Assembly (NCBI GenBank): GCA_001655205.1
Contig: LPNZ01008015.1
Span: 1-41,194, forward strand
Source of the DNA: Lenisia limosa
Taxonomy: Eukaryota > Protista > Breviatea
Length of the DNA stretch: 41,194 nucleotides
Reading direction: 5' to 3'
Part shown: positions 32,939-41,194 of the stretch, piece by piece
Position numbering within the stretch: the first letter of the stretch is position 1
Layout: each line of letters opens with the position of its first letter
Translations under genes and position numbers: made by a program
The notes under the pieces: model-generated
The model's input: the letters and a program-made list of their open reading frames with translations, nothing else
What the model was told of the DNA's origin: nothing
Databases searched by the model: none

Positions 32939-35071
32939 CTATTTGGGACAACAAAAACACAAACTATGTCCATCAAGGCAATTGACAAGGGCGTTTTTGT
33001 AGTTGTCAGTCTTGATAACATTTTTCAAATTTGAAGTGAAAATCTCTTCATGGTAGAAAGGCTCATGTTCGTGGAATCCAGACTTCTTGCAAGTCTTCAA
33101 AAACTGTCGTCCAGTATATGTAAGTCGGAAATAGCCTCGTTCCAGAGTTCCTCCCATATGCGCATCAACAACACTAATCGCTTCTCTCACATGAGCCTGA
33201 AATATTAACATATAAGTGCCCAAAAATAGTTATAGAAGATTGACCTACCTCATAGTAGGCCTGGTTGTGTTGATCAATTGATGAAAGACGACATCCATGC
33301 TTGGGATGTGTGTGAATGTAACCCATTTCAATGAGCTTGTGCTTTTCCTAGACATGAAAGGAAAAAAACAAACCATAAATTCGATTCTTGATACAGTCAT
33401 ATCAGGGTCTTCACCACAGCTGTCGGGAGTATTATTGGATTGCTTGGGGACATAGACACAAGAGATACGATAGTATTCCTCGCCATTTGAATCCTAGATG
33501 AGTTAAAGAGCGTAGATAAATGCTGTGAGAGTAAATATGATAACTCACAATCTCAGTCGAAGCCAGGAGGAAACCCATTGCTTCCAGATTTTTGGCAGTA
33601 AAATCATCTGTTAAGCTCCTGAAAAGTAAAAAAAAAAAAATGCAAAAGAATATCACTCACGTGAACTGGTTCAGGAGGGAATCAGAAATGACAACCTTTT
33701 TCAGACCATCCTGGTCAATCTTATCTTCATCCACCTAAATTGTCAACTGAAAGCAAAGAAGACAAGCAAAGAGAAGAGAGCCTCTCACCATGACACCTGC
33801 AATTCTACAAGCAAATTCATGGTCTTTTTTCCGATATTGACCAATAGGAAATCCAGCAAAACCAAGTCGACATGTCGTAATTAAATGAGGGGGATCAGTG
33901 AGAAGGCCACACCATCTGAATGTGAGAACAACAGAAGTAAACATACTTGCAGTAACTATCAGGGAGATGAGGCGGAATGGGCCCAATTGGGGCAGCATGA
34001 ATTTGGAAGTGTTCAATTTCTTGCTTTGTGGGGGGACCAGCCTATAAAATGAGGCTTATTTTTCTCAAAAAAGAAAAAATAGTATGAAAACATAATACAT
34101 AGTGTATGGTATCCCAGCATACAGGCGCTGCTTCTGCGAGAGCTGGCGGTCCATCATCATCATCTTCATCATCTTCATCTTCATCTTCATCTTCACTTAC
34201 TTGTTTCACAATAGGCTTCTTCTGTTCTTTTTTCTTCTTCAATTCCTCCTCCTTCTTAACTTGCTCTCTCTGCTCCCGTTCTTTTTTTGCCTTTTCATAC
34301 AGACTTACCTGCTTGAGGTCCTTTGTAGCCTTATCAGTCACTTCCTCCCAGATTTGTGTATTCCTATGTGAAGTCTTCTGAGAGTGAAGTTTATTTTCTT
34401 CTTCCATTTTCTTGATTTCTTGCTCTCTGAACTGGCGTTTGGCTTCATCTCTCTCCTTTTTCAGCTTTTCGTTCTCAGATTTCTGCTTCTCCTTCTTTTC
34501 ATCATTCAATTTCTTAACTCTTTCATTTCTCGCCTTGAGAGCCTCAAGTCTTGCCTTCTCTTCGATCCGCTTGGCACTCTCTTCTGCTTTGACAGCTGCC
34601 TCATCTTTCACCACCTTCGCTTCACCAACTCTCCTGTTGACAAGATCAGCTTTCGAATATTTGCCCTTCTTGTTCGACTTCTTTGTTTCTTTTTTCACTT
34701 CCTTAGGAGGAGGAGGCTGCTCAACACGAGTGGTAGCACATTCTTCAATCTTACCGTTGACTTCAGCCATGTTGTCTTTCAAAGGCTACAAAGTAAAGAG
34801 GGAAGTTAGCAAACCTGAACCGCATCTTTAAGGCGAGTTATAGCTTCCTTGGTGAGTTCCTTCCGATTGTTTAAGTTACTGAGTACTTCTGGTGAATCTT
34901 TGTATCCTGGGGGGGGGGGGGGNNNNNNNNNNNNNNNNNNNNNNNNNNNNNNNNNNNNNNNNNNNNNNNNNNNNNNNNNNNNNNNNNNNNNNNNNNNNAA
35001 CACACGAGAGTTGAAAACAACAAAACAAACAAATCCCAGGCAGTCGCTTCTGTAGTACCGCACTCCAACAT
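32939..35071 (-). CDS. AMSH/STAMBP-like JAMM (MPN+) deubiquitinase; 5' end unresolved across N gap
   Basis: HEFACRIAGVM, GYIHTHPKHGCRLSSIDQH (HxHx7SxxD), YFRLTYTGRQFLKTCKKSGFHEH; long K/E-rich coiled coil and acidic tract upstream. Confidence 0.8.
34923..34998. other. Assembly gap (N run)
   Basis: Run of N next to a poly-G tract. Confidence 0.99.
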
Positions 35072-35370
35072 ACGAGGGTAAATTATAGATGATAATAAAT
35101 AAAAGAAAAAAAGAGATAAAGTACGAGGCTAAAAGGGAAGGGAGGATGGCGAAAGCAGAAAAACAAAGTGTAAAGGGGGGGCCAAAATTAACTGTCGGCT
35201 TGACATTCATGAACATAAGAGAGTTGATAATAAATAAAAAAAACAAGCAAAGCCCAGGTCAGTCGCTATACTTACACAATCTAGAAAACACAAATCTGCA
35301 ATAATAGGACATAATCATTCCTTTAAAAGTTATTTGGCATGGTTCATAAGAGGGAGAGAAACTAGCTCCT

Positions 35371-36106
35371 CTAACTGTAAATAAGTCCATCAATGTCGCT
35401 TAAAATAGCCTCATGTGCTTCAATTTGCCAATCAATCAGATCCAAACGTCTGGAAATCATACGACTTACGGCAACAAGAATATCAGAGTCAACCACCTGG
35501 ATGATAAAAGTTTGAGATAAAGATGGCTTACGGTGGACGGAGTTGGCTGGGTGTCCTTTTTCGCATTTTTATCAGATGCAGCCATTGAATTTCTTTCCTT
35601 TTCAATGAAAAGCTTAAGCTCCTCCAAATGTCGGCATAATTCAGCACGATTGTTTTCATACTCAGCTAAACTTGTTTTCACCTAAAGTGTAAATAGATGC
35701 CATTTTCATAAAAGCGTAAAAGCACTTATGCATACCAGCATCATCTCCTGTTCAATCTTTGGCTTCCAAGCTTTTTTGAGGGCATCAGGAATTCTATCAG
35801 AAGGTGCAGTATCAAAGGCTACACCATGAAAAAAGCAGCACCTAGCAAACTCTTCAAGTCTTCCCTTCTATTCTCGAACACCCTCTTTTGCCGCTCAAGC
35901 ATGCGAAGGCGTTCTCTCAGTTGCTGTGTTACTGCATCCTAAATGTAAACAAAAAAAAAGAATAAAACACATACAAGGCATTCAAGATTGAGCTCCCTAA
36001 ATCTTCTTGCATATCTGTATTCAAGAGGATAGTCATCGATGTTAAACTCCTGTTTTACGTTACTGGACTTATCCTTTGGTCTTGAATCTGTTCGCCGTTT
36101 TCCCAT
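35371..36106 (-). CDS. Hypothetical coiled-coil protein, multi-exon
   Basis: MGKRRTDSRPKDK..LRERLRMLERQKR..KTSLAEYENNRAELCRHLEELKLFIEKE..LIDWQIEAHEAILSDIDGLIYS*; consistent GT-AG introns; no homology recognised. Confidence 0.55.
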
Positions 36107-36514
36107 GTTTATAACTGACGGCTGGGAAGCCTCAGAAGAGTGCTAGTCTTGAGTGTTATTCCAAAACAAGCCAATTGTCTGGGGGAAAGTACGCTAATAA
36201 GATGCCACAATACTATTCCTATTTAGCTCTTTGCGCACAAGTAACAGAGGTACAAGGAAACCGAACAAAACGCGCAAGAGTAAAAAATGTAGCAAATATT
36301 ACTAATGTAATTCTGAGATTTAAGTAAAAAAATTTTTTTATAAAAGTTCTCTTTCATCTCTAAAGCAGACGCCTTTACTGAGACTTCAAGATGTCAAGGT
36401 TTGTATGAAGGTTTCCTTTTTGATTAACGCTTTCAGAAACGTCAAAGATGTATGGACCTCCGTAGCTGTGTTTTTGCTTTAATTACTACAGTATCAAAAG
36501 CCCTAATACTGTAG

Positions 36515-37173
36515 ATGGAAACTGAGCAGCCTCTTTCTGATGATGAGGAAGAAGACTTCCTGAAAGGACCCCTCTCGATGCTTACTACTGCTGTTCGTCA
36601 ACAAAACCAGGTAGGTATAACCAACAAAGGGTAATTTTTACTGATATAGGTTTTGATCAATTGTCGCAACAACCATAAGTTGGTTGGTCGTGTCAAGGCT
36701 TTCGATCGCCATTTTAACATGGTTTGTTTTGCCTTTTTTGTGTGTGATTAAACCAGGATTAATCTGAAAATCTTTTTCTCTTTTTACCAATGAGCGTTAC
36801 TCAGATCTAATCTCCTTCCCTCCCTCTCCTTCTCGTTTACCATCTTCTGCATTTATTCACTAACTGATGATTCATTTGAGAGCTTTTAACAAGGTCAATG
36901 TGCAATCGTTAATTATTTCAGGAGTGACCAAATGATTCTATTTTTTAATTGGATTTAGGTTCTTGAGAATGTGAGAGAGATGTGGACTGAGAAACCTAAG
37001 GCTAACAAGGGACAGAAAAGAGGAAAGGTTTGCAAAGATTTATTTTTTTGTTGCTGCTGTTCACTTTTCACCTTTCTGTTCTGACTCTTAAGGCTGTCAC
37101 CCGTGACCGCTTTGTGAGCAAGATGTTTGTGCGTGGTGATAGCGTCATTGTTGTTCTCCGTAGCCCCGAGTAG
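36515..37173 (+). CDS. SNRPD2: Spliceosomal Sm protein D2
   Basis: [53 protein letters not shown]../[23 protein letters not shown]; three introns. Confidence 0.97.
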
Positions 37174-37565
37174 ATGTAAATTGTAAAATAGTCATTTGTG
37201 ATCAGCTATGACTAGTTCATGAGGAGGAGTAAATGGGTGAATTATATGTGATTATGGTTATTTTTGTTTGAGGATTTGAAATTAAAACCAGCACGTGACG
37301 ACAGAACGGGTCGTAGTAGCTTGGTGGGAAATAGAGGGCCATGAAAAAAACAAAAACAAAAGAGCTTTTGTATATTTATATAATTTATAAATCCCTTTCA
37401 TTTTAAGCTTGGGCTGGTCAAATTTGGGGCGATGATGCGATGGCCTGGTAATTAATGTGGAGAGACTGAGAGAAAATGGCAACGCATGGGGGGGGCATAG
37501 GGTATATAACAATCAAAAACAAATTGTAAAAAAAATACATCTTATTACAGCGTTGGGCATTTGAA

Positions 37566-38725
37566 ATGAGAGTCCTAGTCACTGGAGGTGCCGGTTTTGT
37601 TGGTTCCAATCTTTGCAGCAAGCTGCTTGAACAAGGACATCAAGTGACATGTATGATCATCTTGGTTTCCTTCTCACACCTAGGTCTTGATAACTTTTTT
37701 ACATCTCATCGGAATAATGTCGCATCCTTCCTTCTTCATGAATCATTTACTTTGATTGAGCAAGATATCATCGTAAGGGTGTTTATGAAAGTAATAAGTA
37801 GGACCCAATCAAGTTTTCCCAACCAGTTGACATGATATTTCACCTTGCATGTCCTGCTGCTCCAGACCACTACCAGGTGTGTGCATCTTCATCATAATTA
37901 CTTGACTAGGCAGATCCAATCCATACTATCAGAACCGCATTTTTGGGAACATATAATTGCCTCGAATTTGCAAGAATACACAAATCAAGAATTCTTATTG
38001 CATCAACATCAGAGGTTTATGGTGAACCATTGGTTCATCCTCAAACTGAGGAGTACTGGGGGAATGTGAATCCAATTGGACCACGGAGTTGCTATGATGA
38101 AGGAAAAAGAGCTGCAGAAACGCTGGCTTTTGATTATTACAGAAAGTACCAGGTTGATGTGACGTAAGACAGAAGATTAGAAAGACATCTCACAGTATGT
38201 AGACTTGTTCGAATATTCAACACCTATGGCCCAATGATGCATCCTTTTGATGGTCGAGTTGTTTCCAATTTTATTCAGCAATGCTTAAAAGATGAGCCAA
38301 TTACAATTTATGGAGACGGTTTGTGTGCACTTCAATAAATAAAGTAAATTCTGTTTAGGAAGCCAAACCCGATCATTTCAGTACATTGACGATCTACTCC
38401 AGGCATTTTTCAAAATTATGAAGGCAAACTCCTTCTTTGTTGGCCCGATTAATCTTGGCAATCCTTATGAACTGTCTATTCTGGTAAGACAAAGCATTTG
38501 CTTAACCCCATTTTTCAGCAACTTGCACATTTAGTCAAAAATCTCACTGGTTCAAATTCAACAATTAACCACTTACCAAAAACGGTAGATGACCCAACTC
38601 AAAGGAAACCTGTCATTGAGAAGGCAAACTCTTTATTAGACTGGAAGCCAACTGTATCCCTTTCTGAAGGAATCATTCCAACAATAGAATACTTCAAACA
38701 GCTTGATATTTCCTTATATACGTAA
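37566..38725 (+). CDS. UXS1: UDP-glucuronate decarboxylase (UDP-xylose synthase), soluble form
   Basis: [79 protein letters not shown]. Confidence 0.95.
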
Positions 38726-38869
38726 GTGGGGAAAACATGGGTATAGATATAACTAATACTCAGGAGTCCAACCCAACACATGAGAGAGATGGTATCATCA
38801 TCCTAATTTTTTGTTTCGATGCAACTTGACAAATATAACACAGTTTATTTTAAAAAAATATAAGTTAAT

Positions 38870-39370
38870 CTACGGTTAATAACCAGTAATATATCAAATA
38901 TTTGTTTATTGAAAGAGTACACACAAAAAAACTACAAAAATTAAGTTACAAAGTTCAATTTTAAAAAATTCAAACAAAATACAAACAAATAAAAAAATAA
39001 CAACTATATTAAATATACAATAGTTAAAAATTTGTTTAAATAAAGAAACAATAATATATATAAAAAGGAAAAATAAGTTCCATACTTCAGCTTTCAAAAA
39101 ATTCAAACAAATATCAAACAAATATCAATACTTCTTAGTAATCACAACTTTAGAATAATTTTTGATTTTTACATAAATTCAAAATATTCTTTCCTAATTA
39201 TTGAATGTATTTAATTATTCCAATGGCAATATGTATCATTCTGTCTAGTTTGTTTTAAAATTTATTTTTTTCTCTTTTTTTTATACCTTGCAAATCTGCT
39301 TTTCAATGGTACAAAAATCCATAATTTGTTTCAATTGTTACAATCAATTATCTATTTATGAATAAAGAAA
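38870..39370. repeat. Very AT-rich low-complexity intergenic tract with recurring aaacaaat motifs
   Basis: aaaaaattcaaacaaa occurs near 38960 and 39095; lies between convergent genes. Confidence 0.55.
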
Positions 39371-39377
39371 CATTTAA

Positions 39378-41194
39378 TTAAGAAAGTGGAAGAGAAATGG
39401 CAACAGCGCTCTCTGCGGAATTCTTCGCTTTCGCTGCCATCCAGTGTGTGTATATCTCCAAAATTACAAAAACCAGAACAAAAGCCGCCAAGAATGCTGA
39501 GACACCAGCAGACTGAAAAGTCAATTATTGCAAATAGTCATACCACTTGACAAGTCATAGTTTCCGAGTTTATTGTTTGCATCATGTAGTTGTCACATTG
39601 TGGTGACTCACACAGATTGTCTTAACAATAAATAAATTTAACAATGATCACTTACAAGACTCCATATAGACAGATTCTCCAATACATAATGGAATTGAAG
39701 GACAATTGCCTGAAATAATTAATTGCTGACGACATTACAAACTGTTGGTTTCAGGTTCTGTCGGATTTTGAGAAAACCCAATATGTCCATCAGCATTGGA
39801 ATCAAGGACAACGTTTAAAGATGAAAGAGCCATTGTCCCAAGGGCAATTCTTGTTATTATTGGTTGAAGTTCCATTGCGTAGTCTCTGACAATACAATAT
39901 CTTGGTGAAAAAAACTCAGAGTACTTTTGACGTTTCCCCTCAGGATAAAGCAAATTCTCAAAAGGGACTCGCAAATCTGAAGACGTTTCAGAAACTCGGA
40001 AACTGAAACTTGGAAGGGTGTGGGGGTCGATATCTTGATCAGAAAAAAAAAAGCTTCACCTGAGGGAAGATAGCAATTCGCGTCAAAATGTGAGTAACCT
40101 TGAGTCCTTTCCTCCATTTCACATTCACTTGGAAGCCAAACTATTAGTGCATCAAACAGTTCAGCGGGAAGGCTCAAACAGGCAGCCCCTGTGTCAACAA
40201 TTGCACGAATGGATGCTGAATAATTTGAAGTTATAGAGGCACCACAGATAGTTGGATGAAAGAGTGGGAACTCAAAGTATCTAGTCAAGATAATCAAGTA
40301 AACGATGATCTCTTTGGGAGGTCATACTCTTTAATCCACTGAGTTTCGGACCATTCAAAATTTGAAGGGTTACCATAACCTAGAAGATTGATGAACAAAT
40401 TATCCCTCACCACCAAGATGTAGTACTGGTTCAGAAAAATTGATGAAGACAGAAGGGTAAAGCAATGAGTCGCTTGCTAACAGCCCGCGAAACACAGAAT
40501 CGCCCTCTTGGTGATATGCTAAATGGTGTTATTAATTGTTTTAAGCCAAACTCAAGCTTGAAGAAGCAATTCCTAGGGTACCATCAACAGAATTCCAGTA
40601 TTTAGAACTTTCTGTTTCGGCATCACAGGTGAGAAACTGTGCTGTCGATATATGAAGCCCACCAAGATAAAATGTTTCTGTGCTGAAAATAGTAAAATTT
40701 GCACTACTGAATTACCTTGGAATACATATTGCACTCGAAGAACTTCCATCAACGTATATTCCCCTATCTGTTTTAACCTCTCCATCTCCATCAATTGCTG
40801 GTAAATTGAAAAGTAAAAACCATAAAAGGAATCTGATGTATTCAAGCACGAAGGATGTAATTCCAAAGCCTTTAAAATATCAAATTGTTATGAAGCACTT
40901 ACATAAGAAGAACAATAAAATGTAAAAGTATCAGCAGTTCCAGAATCGATTATCAGATCTAAAGTTGAATTGTTTTGTCCATACATAATCTAAGTCAATT
41001 TTTTAAGAAAAACCTCAACAAGTACGTGTGTGTTATTTTCTGACCATTTTAATGGAATACTAATCACAGGAGACTGTGAAAGAGACGGCACAAACCCAGC
41101 ATTACTGATTGCAGTACTCCAGACAAGAAGCAATACCGCAGAAGCGATGAAGGCCTTCTTCACATGCATTGTCGTTATTTCATACTGATTGTAG
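39378..41194 (-). CDS. Pepsin-like (A1) aspartic protease with C-terminal TM anchor, 5' partial
   Basis: LDLIIDSGT (40936-40950) and AIVDTGAACLSLP (40181-40195) catalytic motifs; IALGTMALSSLNVVLD..GHIGF; TM GVSAFLAAFVLVFVILEIY; stop at 39378. Confidence 0.8.

Noticed and set aside
34102-34831. Several F/L/S-rich plus-strand ORFs resembling membrane proteins
   Set aside because: Antisense shadows of the K/E/D-rich AMSH-like exon
38906-39121. Hydrophobic 71-aa minus-strand ORF
   Set aside because: By-product of an extremely AT-rich low-complexity tract
1-41194. Non-standard genetic code or stop-codon readthrough
   Set aside because: In-frame stops in conserved genes fall inside plausible GT-AG introns, and traced genes end in TAA, TAG or TGA
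1-41194. tRNA or rRNA genes
   Set aside because: No cloverleaf/TTCRA arm context or extended rRNA sequence seen; the 11-nt rRNA matches are snoRNA guides

Overview
Gene-dense, intron-rich, AT-rich eukaryotic nuclear DNA using the standard code, with mostly ~30-65 nt GT-AG introns and five N gaps. An archaeal-type SufC-SufB (SmsCB) fusion gene points to an anaerobic or microaerophilic protist. Genes reconstructed by eye across introns, left to right: NFU1 (+), ankyrin/PH-like protein (-), signal-anchored TPR protein (+), calreticulin (-), ankyrin protein (+), a 2.2-kb uninterrupted orphan ORF (+), LRR/coiled-coil protein (-), ALA2-like P4-ATPase (-), RanBP2-type zinc-finger protein (+), SHMT (-), SufCB (+), AMSH-like JAMM deubiquitinase (-), coiled-coil hypothetical (-), SmD2 (+), UXS1 (+) and a partial pepsin-like protease (-). 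The most unexpected structure is four paralogous box C/D snoRNAs. Each sits in its own intron of a spliced mini-exon chain that starts 3 nt after the calreticulin stop codon. They share an LSU rRNA guide and show compensatory box C/D changes. A P4-ATPase intron is inflated by a ~930-bp TIR element with a 3-bp TSD. Exon boundaries are manual, and several start codons are approximate.
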